A stretch of DNA of 64,000 nucleotides from Candidatus Kapaibacterium sp. (GTDB taxonomy: Bacteria; Bacteroidota; Ignavibacteria; Kapaibacteriales; HRBIN21), in contig JANXCT010000002.1 in assembly GCA_025059875.1 (NCBI GenBank), positions 153,180-217,179 of the forward strand. The letters are read 5' to 3'. Positions 19,463 through 29,547 of this stretch are shown here, one piece after another; position 1 is the stretch's first letter; every line of letters begins with the position of its first letter. The notes under the pieces were generated by a model. That model did not search any database, was not told where the DNA came from, and saw only the letters and a program-made list of their open reading frames with translations. A program made the position numbers and the translations under genes.

Positions 19463-21100
19463 TTACTCGCTTTTTTTAGCCTCCCGCATTGGAGTCACCC
19501 ATATGACCTCCTCGCGTTCCAACCGCACTGCCCCAGGAATACCTCGAACCTTGCGGACGTACTTTCGCCACGTGTAGACGACCGGTACCGATCCGGAGGA
19601 ACGCAGGCGAGAGTAGTAAGCCACAATTGCAGCTGCCTGCTCCAGAACTTCTTGCGGCGGGAGCTGTCCTTTCACCGGTCCCCGCAGAATCCCATGAGCG
19701 CCCGGTGCTCCACGGACATGGAGGAAGAGGTCATGCGGCTTCGCATAGCTAAAGGTCAGCGCATCGTTACTGTTGGCATCCTTACCGACATAGAGCGAGT
19801 AGCCATGGGGAAGGTTGAAGACCCGGAAACGCTCACCAGTTTTAAGCTGGATCTCGCGGGGCGGGAATTCCTCCCTCAGGCGCTGCGCGAGCTGGCGCAG
19901 TTGGCGCAGGGAATGAGCTTGCGCCACTTGGTCGTGGAGGTGTTGAAGCCGATCTCGCTGTTCTTCCAGCACTGGTAGTCGTTGAAGGGCATAAGAGCAG
20001 GAGTGCTCCAGACGACGCGCACGCTGGAAGTAGGCATCAGCGTTCTCCCGCAGCGTCTGCGCTGGGTTCAGAGGAATACGGTGGGGCTTCCCTTCCCAGT
20101 CAGCGAGCACGATCTCCTCCCGCCCGCGCTGATGCAGGTCCGGTTGCGACAGCAGCAAGCTCCCCCACAAGCGGTAAAGTTCGCTCCGAGAAGCCTGCTC
20201 GCACCGTGCGCGTAACTCAACACATTGATGCTCTACCTGCCGACAGTGGCGATCGATTGTCTTCAGGAGGGCTGCACGCTGCTGGCGGAATTCCTCCCAG
20301 ACGAGCGTCCGTCGGACGCGCTCAGCAACAGCTTCGTGGATGGATGTAAACGTCGCCGCTACTTCCGGATACTCCCTCAACGGCACCAACGACAGTAGTG
20401 GCGGTCCCTCCGGGCGCCGGAGGAGCAGCACTTCCGTGGAACCCATCAGCTCGGTAGTGAAGTGAAGGAGGGCTATGGCAAGGCTCTCCCGCTGAGATGC
20501 CGAGAGCTCTCCTAAGGGCATCTCCGGACTTAGTCCGCAGCGATAGCAGAGCTCCCGTGCATAAAAAGTCCCCAACTGCTGTTGACAGCTTGCTAGCGCT
20601 CGGAGAAGCGGGGTGGATTCAGGATACTGTGTCCACGAGAGCAGCTGTCTAGAGGTCTTATCCCACGACCACTGCCTCTCCTCTGTACCCTCTGTGGCTG
20701 CACCGAGCATCGCATGTGGCTTCCCCGTATCGTCCACGACGAACGCTCCACTCTGCGCCGTCCCAAAGAGGCACAAGATGAGCTGCTCTCCCGTATGAAG
20801 GCTCCAACGGACTTGTCGCTCTACGGGATGGAGCTCTACCAGCCGGATTACCTTGCCCCAGAGGCCCTCAGCCCATGGCAGTAGCGGCTGCGGTCTGCCC
20901 CACCTCTCTGGCCGGCGGAAGAATGTACTCATCCCCGGCCGCAAGTGCACTTCCACAAGGAAGGGCTCACCTGTAGGTGGCTCAATCTCTACGAAGAGGA
21001 GCGACTTGCCCTGCCGCCAAACGGCCAGGAGCCGAGCCCCACCAACGATCGAAGCAAGCTCTCCGACGAGGCGGCGAAGCGTCTCTCGGTGTGCCACCAT
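19463..21100 (-). CDS. rqcH: NFACT-family protein (RqcH/Rqc2/FbpA homolog, ribosome quality control)
   Basis: NFACT-N-like start (LVGELASIVGGARLLAVWRQGKSLLFVEI), central coiled-coil, and a C-terminal NFACT-R/DUF814 motif (YVGKDANSNDALTFSYAKPHDLFLHVRGAPGAHGILRG). 545 aa. Confidence 0.7.
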   Translation of the reverse strand: MVAHRETLRRLVGELASIVGGARLLAVWRQGKSLLFVEIEPPTGEPFLVEVHLRPGMSTFFRRPERWGRPQPLLPWAEGLWGKVIRLVELHPVERQVRWSLHTGEQLILCLFGTAQSGAFVVDDTGKPHAMLGAATEGTEERQWSWDKTSRQLLSWTQYPESTPLLRALASCQQQLGTFYARELCYRCGLSPEMPLGELSASQRESLAIALLHFTTELMGSTEVLLLRRPEGPPLLSLVPLREYPEVAATFTSIHEAVAERVRRTLVWEEFRQQRAALLKTIDRHCRQVEHQCVELRARCEQASRSELYRLWGSLLLSQPDLHQRGREEIVLADWEGKPHRIPLNPAQTLRENADAYFQRARRLEHSCSYALQRLPVLEEQRDRLQHLHDQVAQAHSLRQLRQLAQRLREEFPPREIQLKTGERFRVFNLPHGYSLYVGKDANSNDALTFSYAKPHDLFLHVRGAPGAHGILRGPVKGQLPPQEVLEQAAAIVAYYSRLRSSGSVPVVYTWRKYVRKVRGIPGAVRLEREEVIWVTPMREAKKSE

Positions 21101-21102
21101 AG

Positions 21103-21176
21103 CGCGCCCGGCAGGATTTGAACCTGCGACCCTCGGCTTAGAAGGCCGGTGCTCTGTCCAGCTGAGCTACGGGCGC
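21103..21176 (-). tRNA. tRNA-Arg (anticodon TCT)
   Basis: Reverse complement: acceptor GCGCCCG, D-arm TAGCTCAGCTGGACAGAGC, anticodon stem-loop CGGC-CTTCTAA-GCCG (anticodon TCT), T-arm GGTTCAAATCC, 3' CGGGCGC. Confidence 0.8.
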
Positions 21177-21177
21177 G

Positions 21178-23394
21178 TTAGAACTCGCGGTAGAACTCAC
21201 TCCGCCGGTCTACGATAGCAGCCCGATCCCGAACAGCGTTGTACCAGTAGTAGTACGCTGACGCCTTCGCAGTATTGTACAGCCGTCGGTAGAGTTCTGC
21301 AAACTGCTTCGTCTCCAACTGCTTTGGATCGGCTTCTTGGCGCTGAGTAACTCGGATGAGGAAGTATGCCCGCTCTCCTCGAATCGGTGGCGGGATGGTA
21401 CCAATAGGCACGCGGTAGATCATAGCCGTTACGATAGGATCGCTGCCATACCCCTGAAGGAAACCGTTTTCCTTAACCCCCGTTGCTGTCTGAACTTGGG
21501 CGCTGGGATCAATCTCCACAATCCTGGCCAGAATGTCGGCATTTTTGAGGCGCTCATAGATGCTGTCCACCCGAACCTTCAGAGCATTCAGCTTCTTTAT
21601 GCGACGGACCCGTTCTTCTATCTCTGCCCGAACGTCTGCCAATGGCTTGTAGCCTGGCTTTCGCTCATCCACAATCTGCGCGACGACGACACCATATGGC
21701 TTTAGCTCCATCGGGTCAGAGAGGCGCCCAACGGGGTTGTTGAAGGCGAATTCCGTCAATGCCCGGGAGCCGAGTACAGGAGTGGTAGCCTCAAAGAAGG
21801 CTGTCTCCACAGGGTTCCGCTTAAGCCGTCGAGCCAACGTGTCGAAGGGCACACCCTTCTCTACCTGCTGTTTGAAGCTGTAAGCCTCCCGAAAGACCTG
21901 GTTGCGGCTCGCAGTACTGAGTCCTACGGTGAACTCGATCTCGCTATAGGCGATCCGATCTGAAGACTTTGCATGGACTGCGATGATGTGGAACCCAAAC
22001 GGACTTTCAACGGGCCCCACAATGCTACCAGGCTGGGCAGCGAAAGCAGCATCTTCGAAAGGCTTGACCATCCGTCCCCGCGGGAACCATCCTAGGTCGC
22101 CTCCTCTCTCGGCCGTCCCCCGGTCTTGAGAGTACAGTCGCGCCAACTGCGCGAAGTCCTCCCCTGCCTTAGCCCGCTGTAGAATCTTCTGAGCCTCAGC
22201 GCGAGCACTATCCTTGTTCGTCCCAAAATTGATGAGGATATGGCTTGCATGGACAACCACAGTATCCCCCGGCTCCCTCCGATCAACCCGGAAGAAGTAG
22301 AACTTACCCATGAGTTCCACGGGACCAATCACTGCCCCAACGGGCTGCGTTGCCAAGTGGGAAGCCTTCTGGAGGTCTATGGCTGCAAGGGAGCTGAGAC
22401 CGTAGCTTCGGCCTTGGTGCTCAGCCATCAGCAAGGAGAAGACCGAGTCCCGCTGGGCTGCTGGAGCCCGTTCCAGTTCTGACCGGACCCGTTCCAAACG
22501 GCGCCGCAAATTTGCCGTGTCTTGGGCTGTCGGCTCCAGTGGGAAGATAACGTACTTGAGCTTACGAGCTGGCTTCTTCTGCCGGAAAGCCTCTTGGTGC
22601 TGGCGATAGTAGGCTTCGATGTCGGCATCGGTTATCGAAATCTCCTTGTCCGGAATGCGATCGATCGGGTATGCAACATAGGTAACATCGGCAGAGCTGT
22701 TCTCTACGACATATTGGCGTCTTGCATAGCTCGGAGAGACTATGCTGCCAACGAGATTGACAAGGGAGCGCATGTGCTCCCGTGTACGGCTATGGCGGAT
22801 GAAGTCCTCAATCCGGAGCAGATCCCTCTTCCATCGCTCCACCGCCTCCAGCGGATCAACACCGCTATTCGGATCAATGTACTCAGCCAACCGCTCTGGC
22901 TGAGTAACCAGCTCTATGTACCGGTCACGATGGAAAGTACCCGCGGAATCCGTAAACGGCTGCCGTATGTACTCCGGCGGGTTATCCAGCAAGATGTCCC
23001 ACAACTCTCCCCGAGTCACAGGAAAGCCAACCTTGGCCGCTTCCTGGCGCAGTAGGATCTCCTCTACGACAATGTCCCAGATGCTCTGCCGGATTCCAGC
23101 CTCGTCAATGGCAACTTCGTCCCCTGCAGCTCGGCGCTGCTGCTCTATCTGCTGCTGGACGCGTTCGTTGAAGTCTGCATACCGGATGTCCTCTCCGTTG
23201 ACTTCACCAACAGCCGCCGTCGCCAGGTTTCCGCGAAGATGGAGGACATTTTGCAGATCGGCGTCCGTCGCCACCATGAATGCAATGAATACGACGGCAA
23301 ACAACGCCAGGAGGTACGGCGAGACCTCTCGCATTCGTGAAATGACGCCCATGAAAGCCCGCTGTGTAGTCAAGAAACCTTCCAGGGCTTGCAA
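21178..23394 (-). CDS. ppiD: Periplasmic chaperone / peptidyl-prolyl cis-trans isomerase (PpiD/SurA-like)
   Basis: N-terminal membrane anchor ([15 protein letters not shown]), SurA-N-like chaperone region, parvulin rotamase motif (HASHILINF...GGDLGWF...FGFHII). Start may be the internal Met at 23352. Stop codon abuts the tRNA-Arg(TCT). Confidence 0.7.
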   Translation of the reverse strand: MQALEGFLTTQRAFMGVISRMREVSPYLLALFAVVFIAFMVATDADLQNVLHLRGNLATAAVGEVNGEDIRYADFNERVQQQIEQQRRAAGDEVAIDEAGIRQSIWDIVVEEILLRQEAAKVGFPVTRGELWDILLDNPPEYIRQPFTDSAGTFHRDRYIELVTQPERLAEYIDPNSGVDPLEAVERWKRDLLRIEDFIRHSRTREHMRSLVNLVGSIVSPSYARRQYVVENSSADVTYVAYPIDRIPDKEISITDADIEAYYRQHQEAFRQKKPARKLKYVIFPLEPTAQDTANLRRRLERVRSELERAPAAQRDSVFSLLMAEHQGRSYGLSSLAAIDLQKASHLATQPVGAVIGPVELMGKFYFFRVDRREPGDTVVVHASHILINFGTNKDSARAEAQKILQRAKAGEDFAQLARLYSQDRGTAERGGDLGWFPRGRMVKPFEDAAFAAQPGSIVGPVESPFGFHIIAVHAKSSDRIAYSEIEFTVGLSTASRNQVFREAYSFKQQVEKGVPFDTLARRLKRNPVETAFFEATTPVLGSRALTEFAFNNPVGRLSDPMELKPYGVVVAQIVDERKPGYKPLADVRAEIEERVRRIKKLNALKVRVDSIYERLKNADILARIVEIDPSAQVQTATGVKENGFLQGYGSDPIVTAMIYRVPIGTIPPPIRGERAYFLIRVTQRQEADPKQLETKQFAELYRRLYNTAKASAYYYWYNAVRDRAAIVDRRSEFYREF

Positions 23395-23472
23395 AGTTAC
23401 GAAGGACCCATCGGACGCATGCCAACTACTACACTAACCGCAGGTTGAGAGCTGTGTACTTCCGGTGGGTTG

Positions 23473-23480
23473 TATCTTTG
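23473..23480 (+). promoter_or_regulatory. Candidate Bacteroidota-type -7 promoter element (TATCTTTG) upstream of trpB2
   Basis: Exact TAnnTTTG match 46 nt upstream of the trpB2 ATG, in the divergent intergenic region with ppiD. Confidence 0.2.
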
Positions 23481-23525
23481 TGCAGCACCAAAAACGACAG
23501 GCAGTCCAACTCTACGAGGGTCGTG

Positions 23526-24902
23526 ATGCGAACGAAGTTTATCCTGGATGAGAGCCAATTACCACGAGCATGGTACAACATCCTGGTGGATCTCCCGGAC
23601 CCCCTCCCTCCGCCACTCCATCCTGTGACCCTACAGCCTCTACGGCCCGAAGATATGGCTCCACTCTTCCCAGAAGACCTCATTCTCCAGGAAGCTGCAG
23701 CAGGCCCATATGCAACCCGCTTCGTGGACATCCCGGAACCTGTATTAGAAGCCTATCGCCTCTGGCGTCCTACACCGCTCTATCGCGCCCGCAGACTAGA
23801 GAAGCTCCTGTCCACACCCGCGGAGATTTACTACAAGTTCGAAGGGGTCTCTCCGACAGGCTCGCACAAGCCCAATACTGCAATTGCCCAAGCCTTCTAC
23901 AACAAACAGGCAGGGATCCGGCGCCTAACGACAGAAACGGGTGCAGGACAATGGGGTAGCGCCCTAGCCTTTGCATGCCACTACTTCGGACTAGAGTGCA
24001 AGGTCTACATGGTTAGCGTCTCCTATCACCAGAAGCCCTACCGCCGCGTGCTCATGGAGCTCTATCGAGCCACAGTCGTTCCCTCACCATCTGCAGATAC
24101 GAGTGTAGGCCGGCGCTATCTTGAAGAAGACCCGAACCATCCCGGCTCCCTTGGGATTGCCATCAGTGAGGCTGTAGAAGATGCCCTCCAACGTGAGGAC
24201 ACCCATTATTCCCTTGGCTCGGTACTCAACCACGTACTGCTCCACCAAACCATTATCGGTGAGGAGGCACTGCGCCAGATGGAGCTCGTCGGAGCATATC
24301 CCGACATCGTCGTCGGATGCGTTGGAGGTGGTTCCAACTTCAGCGGATTAGCCCTCCCCTTTGTGCGAGAGAAGCTCCTCGATGGACGCTCGACACGCAT
24401 CATCGCCGTTGAGCCGACCGCTGCTCCATCACTCACCAAAGGCATCTACACTTACGACTTCGGCGATACGGCTCGCATCGTACCGCTACTCAAGATGCAT
24501 ACGCTCGGCTCCTCATACGTGCCACCTCCTATTCATGCAGGCGGTCTACGCTACCATGGAATGGCACCCATCGTCTCGTACCTCTACCACAAAGGGCTCA
24601 TCGAAGCCGTTGCTGTCCCTCAGCGAAAGGCATTTGAAGCAGGTGTCCTCTTTGCCCAAGCCGAGGGAATTGTGCCAGCACCAGAAGCAAGCCATGCGAT
24701 AAGAGTTGTGATTGATGAAGCGCTCCGCTGCCGAGAAGAAGGGGTGAAAAGGGTGATCCTCTTCAACCTCTGCGGCCATGGCCACTTTGATTTAGCTGGC
24801 TACCAGCGCTTCCTTACCGGGGAGCTGGAGGACTACGAATACTCGAAGGAGCTCATCGAGCGTGCTATTGCAGAGCTCCCAACAGTGCCCGAGCCTCTGT
24901 AA
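23526..24902 (+). CDS. trpB2: TrpB-like PLP-dependent enzyme (tryptophan synthase beta chain, TrpB2 type)
   Basis: TrpB2-type N-terminal extension; PLP lysine region ([18 protein letters not shown]); [11 protein letters not shown] glycine loop; ~458 aa, longer than TrpB1. No trpA adjacent. Confidence 0.8.
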   Translation: MRTKFILDESQLPRAWYNILVDLPDPLPPPLHPVTLQPLRPEDMAPLFPEDLILQEAAAGPYATRFVDIPEPVLEAYRLWRPTPLYRARRLEKLLSTPAEIYYKFEGVSPTGSHKPNTAIAQAFYNKQAGIRRLTTETGAGQWGSALAFACHYFGLECKVYMVSVSYHQKPYRRVLMELYRATVVPSPSADTSVGRRYLEEDPNHPGSLGIAISEAVEDALQREDTHYSLGSVLNHVLLHQTIIGEEALRQMELVGAYPDIVVGCVGGGSNFSGLALPFVREKLLDGRSTRIIAVEPTAAPSLTKGIYTYDFGDTARIVPLLKMHTLGSSYVPPPIHAGGLRYHGMAPIVSYLYHKGLIEAVAVPQRKAFEAGVLFAQAEGIVPAPEASHAIRVVIDEALRCREEGVKRVILFNLCGHGHFDLAGYQRFLTGELEDYEYSKELIERAIAELPTVPEPL

Positions 24903-24926
24903 CTGGGCACCATCCCTTCTCAAACA

Positions 24927-25751
24927 ATGACTCCGGACTCTATCCGGCTGCAGATCGTAGCCATACAGCAGCTCGTCCTCCACGAGGAGACTGAGCCTGG
25001 ACGAGTTGCTCAACTCCAATCCCAACTCCAGCAGAGCGGCATTCTTCGCAATCCCCCAATTGCTGCACCCTTAGAGGAAGGGACCTTCATCGTGCTTGAC
25101 GGAGCAACACGGATCACAGCGCTGCGACAGCTGGGGATTCCTGCAGTTCCTGTCCAACTGGTTGACTACCCTGGACCTCAGGTCCAGGTCCGAACGTGGT
25201 GTCACTTCCTGCCAGGCTGGACATTGCCGCTCTTCCAACGAGTAGCTACTCAAGCAGGGTTTACGACGCTGCTTTCCCAATGGCCACAAGCACAAGAACT
25301 CCTTGCAGACCACACAGCCGTCGCGTGTGCGTTTGACCAAAACGGTGAAGCACTTGTGCTTCCTCCGGCGTCTCTTTGCCCCTCGCTCTGCTCAGCACTG
25401 CAAGCCCTGGTACGGGGCTACTCCCATCCTTACCCCTTCCAGCGCGTGGCGTGGGAAGAAATCCAGGAGCTCGTACAGCATGGAATCTATCAAGACGGCA
25501 TCTACGTTGCATTTGCTCCTTTTACCCCAGAAGAGATCCGTGCCTTAGCCCTCCGGGGAGAGCTACTCCCAGCCGGGGTGACACGCCACACGATTGCTGG
25601 TCGCCTCCTCCGTGCAAATATCCCGTTGATGCTACTCCAGTCAGGACCAGCAGAGGCAAAAAACCAGCTTTTCCAGCGCTGGTGGCACAACCGTCTGCGC
25701 ACCCACCGCTTACGCTACTATCCCGAACCCACGTTTGTCTTCGACGACTGA
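24927..25751 (+). CDS. ParB/Sulfiredoxin-fold domain protein (candidate SerK-like kinase; function unproven)
   Basis: N-terminal ParB-N-like segment (IRLQIVAIQQLVLHEE...FIVLDGATRITALRQLGIPAVPV). 274 aa with no HTH or DNA-binding region recognisable. Co-directional and 24 nt after trpB2. Confidence 0.55.
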   Translation: MTPDSIRLQIVAIQQLVLHEETEPGRVAQLQSQLQQSGILRNPPIAAPLEEGTFIVLDGATRITALRQLGIPAVPVQLVDYPGPQVQVRTWCHFLPGWTLPLFQRVATQAGFTTLLSQWPQAQELLADHTAVACAFDQNGEALVLPPASLCPSLCSALQALVRGYSHPYPFQRVAWEEIQELVQHGIYQDGIYVAFAPFTPEEIRALALRGELLPAGVTRHTIAGRLLRANIPLMLLQSGPAEAKNQLFQRWWHNRLRTHRLRYYPEPTFVFDD

Positions 25752-25768
25752 GCAAGGCCCACGGAGCC

Positions 25769-26653
25769 ATGCTACAGATTGGGCGCTTCCAGATAGACGT
25801 CGTAGAAACCGGCCGTTTCGGCCTGGACGGTGGAGCGATGTTCGGGGTTGTTCCCAAACCTCTGTGGGAAAAGGCCTACCACCCTGCCGATCCGATGAAC
25901 CGCATCCCAATGGCAGCTAGGGCATTGCTGATTCGGTGGGACAGTCATGCTGTACTCGTTGATACCGGTAACGGCTCCAAGATGTCCGAGAAACAGCGGC
26001 AGATCTATGCGATTGACTCTTCCCAGTACTCCCTAGAACGCTCACTCTCTTACCTTGGGCTCTCGCCAGAAGATATTACCGCCGTGATTCTCACCCATCT
26101 CCACTTCGACCACGCTGGTGGCAGCACCTACTACTCTCCAACTGGCGAATTACTTCCAACCTTCCCTAAAGCTCGCTACTATGTCCAACGCGATCACTTG
26201 CTTGCGGCACGGCACCCTACAGAAAAGGATCGTGCCTCCTTCATCCCAGAAGACTTTGAACCACTGGCATCCCTTGGACTGCTAGAACTTCTCGAGGGCG
26301 AAGGAGAGCTCTTCCCCGGCATCTATCTCCTCCTCACCCATGGTCACACCCGCGCGATGCAGCTCGTGCTTGTCAGCGATGAAGGGCGGCATCTCCTCTA
26401 CTGCGCAGACCTCTGCCCGACAGCAGCCCATATTCCCTACCCCTACATCATGGCATACGACAACTTCCCCCTGACAACGCTGGAAGAGAAAAAGCGCATA
26501 CTACCTAGAGCCTACGAAGAGGGCTGGATCCTCTGCTTTGAGCACGACGCCTTCGTTCAAGCTGGCCGCCTGCAGGTAACCCCAAAAGGATTTGCACTCG
26601 CCGAGCCTCTCACGATCACGACCTACGACCCGCTCCCACCTCAAGTGGGGTAA
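25769..26653 (+). CDS. MBL-fold metallo-hydrolase
   Basis: HxHxDH motif (THLHFDHAGG), downstream His/Asp ligands (LTHGHT, CADL). Start at MLQIGRF inside the longer track ORF 25376-26653. 17 nt after the ParB-like gene. Confidence 0.7.
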   Translation: MLQIGRFQIDVVETGRFGLDGGAMFGVVPKPLWEKAYHPADPMNRIPMAARALLIRWDSHAVLVDTGNGSKMSEKQRQIYAIDSSQYSLERSLSYLGLSPEDITAVILTHLHFDHAGGSTYYSPTGELLPTFPKARYYVQRDHLLAARHPTEKDRASFIPEDFEPLASLGLLELLEGEGELFPGIYLLLTHGHTRAMQLVLVSDEGRHLLYCADLCPTAAHIPYPYIMAYDNFPLTTLEEKKRILPRAYEEGWILCFEHDAFVQAGRLQVTPKGFALAEPLTITTYDPLPPQVG

Positions 26654-27215
26654 GGACCCGATCGGGGAACTGCTCGATGAACTCCCGCCATGTTCGGGGC
26701 CGTTGTGAGTCGACTCGGTAGCGGCGAAAGACATGGCAAAGTGCTACTGCCAAGGCGTCGGAGACATCATAGAAGCGTGATTGCTCCACTTTCTGCCCTG
26801 TGTCTTCGTCACTAAGCAGACGGTACACCATGTAGTGCACCTGCCCCTTTGCTGCATTCCCACGTCCAGTAATTGCCTGCTTGACTTCGCTAGGAGTATA
26901 CTCGATGACTGGGATTCGTGCTAACCCCAGGCTCAGAAGTACAACGCCGCGAGCTTGAGCCAATTTCACTAGCGCTTGAGCATTCCGAGCATAAAAGCTA
27001 CTTTCTACAGCCGCCTCATCTGGCTTCGTTTTGTGGAGAATTGATTGAAGTTGTTCGAAAATAAGGCTCAACTTTGCTGAAAGTCCTTCTGCTTGCTCCG
27101 TTGCTATAACGCCCTGCTCCACTATCCATATCCGTCCATCTTGCCAACCGATAACGCCATAGCCACATCGGATGCTGCCTGGGTCAATTCCAATGATCCG
27201 CAACGGCCTACGCAT
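26616..27215 (-). CDS. ruvC: Crossover junction endodeoxyribonuclease RuvC
   Basis: IIGIDPGS...GYGVI N-terminus, RNase H-like fold residues, conserved ...KQA..G.G.A.K.QV. Start at MRRPLRIIGID (internal to the track ORF). Downstream of yebC as in many bacteria. Confidence 0.8.
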   Translation of the reverse strand: MRRPLRIIGIDPGSIRCGYGVIGWQDGRIWIVEQGVIATEQAEGLSAKLSLIFEQLQSILHKTKPDEAAVESSFYARNAQALVKLAQARGVVLLSLGLARIPVIEYTPSEVKQAITGRGNAAKGQVHYMVYRLLSDEDTGQKVEQSRFYDVSDALAVALCHVFRRYRVDSQRPRTWREFIEQFPDRVLTPLEVGAGRRS

Positions 27216-27963
27216 GTTGCAGCTCTTCCAGGAGAGCGTCGTCCATCTCGAAGTTGGAGTAGACGTTCTGCACGTCGTCCAAATCCTCAATTGTTTCCAA
27301 AAACTTCAGCAAACGCTCCGCCTGCTCACGCGTCTCTATGCGGACGGTGGTTTTGGGTAGCCACTCAAGCTTTGCCTCCTTAACGACCAGGTTGCGCTCT
27401 TGGAAGAACCGCTGGCAGTGGGCAAGCTCCGAAGGAGGACAGTAGACGATGTAGTTCCCATCACCTCTGACGACGTCATCAGCACCAGCCTCCAGAGCAC
27501 ACCCCAGCAGCTCCTCTTCAGATAAGCCACCAGTCTCTACATACAGGACTCCGCGGCGCTCAAAATTCCAGAGCACGGAGCCTGACTCTCCCAGGCTTCC
27601 CCCAAGCCGTGAGAGCGTCGAGCGAAGCTGCGAGACTGTCCGATTGCGATTATCTGTTGCAACCTCTATCAGCAGTGCCACACCGAAGGGACCATACCCT
27701 TCGTAGAGGACCTCTTCTAAGTGTTCTCCCTGTAGCTCCCCTGTCCCACGCAGGATAGCTCGCCGGATATTTTCCATTGGCATATTGGCCGCTCGGGCAT
27801 TCTCTATCGCTAGCCGCAGCCGTGGGTTTGCTTCCGGATCACCTCCACCGAGGCGTGCTGCAATTGTAATCTCTCGAGCCAGCCGGGTGAACAGCTTCCC
27901 TCGACGGGCATCTACAACAGCTTTCCGATGGCGAATGTTCGCCCATTTGCTATGGCCTGCCAT
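27208..27963 (-). CDS. yebC: YebC/PmpR family DNA-binding transcriptional regulator
   Basis: MAGHSKWANIRHRKA start and full-length YebC-family conservation (251 aa). Confidence 0.85.
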   Translation of the reverse strand: MAGHSKWANIRHRKAVVDARRGKLFTRLAREITIAARLGGGDPEANPRLRLAIENARAANMPMENIRRAILRGTGELQGEHLEEVLYEGYGPFGVALLIEVATDNRNRTVSQLRSTLSRLGGSLGESGSVLWNFERRGVLYVETGGLSEEELLGCALEAGADDVVRGDGNYIVYCPPSELAHCQRFFQERNLVVKEAKLEWLPKTTVRIETREQAERLLKFLETIEDLDDVQNVYSNFEMDDALLEELQHA

Positions 27964-28013
27964 CGCAGCTCGTTGTACCTAAGGGAACAAGCCGACTGTG
28001 AGGCACAAATTTA

Positions 28014-29219
28014 CTACGTCCGTGCAGCTTCCTCTGTCCCAAATAGGCATCCCGACGACCCTGCCCATGGCATATCGTTGTATCGGACTCCCATCATTGC
28101 TGCTCGACCTGTGCGTGCCAGGGACATAACGGGCAGCGGTTGTTCCCACTCAGGGAGCCACACCAGCATAACCCGTAGCTCCACAGTGTTCATGCCCACT
28201 GGAGTGTAGATGCATGGAGCGTAGGCAATCCGTTCCTGGAGGAGATACAGCCTCCGCGCCTCCTCCGAGAGGGATCGGACATGGTCCAGCGTGGGATTCA
28301 GGACAACACCCTTGCCAGCAAAAGAGAATAGCGGCTTAAGCACGTAGTTTTCCACGTCTTCGGGAATACCGTCCGACAAGCGCAAAGAGTACGGCACTAA
28401 GGGATGGCGGAGGTAAGGTAGCGTGAACTTGCTCATGCGGAAATACCAGTTCGGATGCCCTGCCCATTCCACTGCTAGATCGTCGGTCCATCGGAAAGGA
28501 AGCTGAACGCCGTACTCCTGGAGCTCGTCGACCACTACCCGGTTGAAGATACGCCGAACCGGTACCCACTGCCCGTTGCGCCGGCGGTAAAGGTAACGGC
28601 CGCGCTTGCGAAGGCTACAGATATCCACAGCCTCTATGCCCAACTGGCACTGCAGCGCCGTGAAATCGGGACGGGTCTTCTGCTCTTCCGGACGATAGTC
28701 AACCAGTACCACCTCCTCCGGGGCGTGATCGCCAAGGATGGCCCGGCGAAGGATGTCCCAATACGCCTCATCGGAGAGGTTGCTGAGGGTGTAGCCCCAG
28801 TGCTCCCCCAACCGGTACACCTCGCGAGCAAGGCGAGCATAGAAGTACTGGTAGCCGAAGAGAGACGGGAAGCCCTGGATCTCCACCACTCGTAGCCCCA
28901 ATCTCTCCTCGCCTTCTTGTACAACAGCGAAGTCCACAACGGCGAAGAGCGGCCGTTCGGGCTCGTTCGGAACTCGATACTCCGGCGGAATGGCCTCTTC
29001 AGACAGCCGGCGATACGCCTCTGCGGTGCACTGAACTGTTATCTCCCGAGCAGCTTGCTCTAGCTGGTATTGAAAGTCACGAGAAACAAAGATCGGAGCC
29101 TCGCAGACTCGGAACTCAATTCGAGAACCCACAGCCTCCTCCAGCCTCTTCCGAAACTGAGCGTACCGCTCCGGCGTGTAGTGCTGCTCAACGAAGCGTC
29201 GCTGCATCTGAGGTAACAT
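28014..29219 (-). CDS. Hypothetical protein (possibly ATP-grasp-like ligase family)
   Basis: 401-aa ORF with consistent codon usage, co-directional after metG and the small membrane protein. No definitive motif recognised. Confidence 0.4.
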   Translation of the reverse strand: MLPQMQRRFVEQHYTPERYAQFRKRLEEAVGSRIEFRVCEAPIFVSRDFQYQLEQAAREITVQCTAEAYRRLSEEAIPPEYRVPNEPERPLFAVVDFAVVQEGEERLGLRVVEIQGFPSLFGYQYFYARLAREVYRLGEHWGYTLSNLSDEAYWDILRRAILGDHAPEEVVLVDYRPEEQKTRPDFTALQCQLGIEAVDICSLRKRGRYLYRRRNGQWVPVRRIFNRVVVDELQEYGVQLPFRWTDDLAVEWAGHPNWYFRMSKFTLPYLRHPLVPYSLRLSDGIPEDVENYVLKPLFSFAGKGVVLNPTLDHVRSLSEEARRLYLLQERIAYAPCIYTPVGMNTVELRVMLVWLPEWEQPLPVMSLARTGRAAMMGVRYNDMPWAGSSGCLFGTEEAART

Positions 29220-29223
29220 CTGC

Positions 29224-29547
29224 CTAAGGACCTAGCTGTTCTCTCGTAGAGGGGAGATACCGCGGGGGCACTGTGGGAAGTTGGAAACCATAACGCTCAG
29301 CAGCAGGGACTACACGCTCTGGCATCTCCATCCGGATGAGCTGCTGGTGGTAGAACAATGCCACTGACTCCAGCGAGTCGCAGACACGCTGGAGGCGCTG
29401 GATTTGCCGGATGCGTTCTTCAATGGCAACGACGTTGTGGACGTAGGCTACCAGCAGTACGTTGCTCCCAAGAATGAGAGCTATCAGCAAGAGATACCGT
29501 AGCCGCTGCCGCTGGCGATGGAATCCTGGCAATGTCTGTTGGCTCAT
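29224..29547 (-). CDS. Small single-pass membrane protein (FtsL/septum-formation-initiator-like, hypothetical)
   Basis: 107 aa: basic N-terminus, one TM helix (YLLLIALILGSNVLLVAYV), then a coiled-coil-like segment. ATGA overlap with the metG stop. Confidence 0.35.
   Translation of the reverse strand: MSQQTLPGFHRQRQRLRYLLLIALILGSNVLLVAYVHNVVAIEERIRQIQRLQRVCDSLESVALFYHQQLIRMEMPERVVPAAERYGFQLPTVPPRYLPSTREQLGP

Noticed and set aside
19223-19978. 251-aa plus-strand ORF
   Set aside because: Overlaps the tRNA-Arg(TCG) gene and is antisense to rqcH; the sense-strand genes have clear homology signatures.
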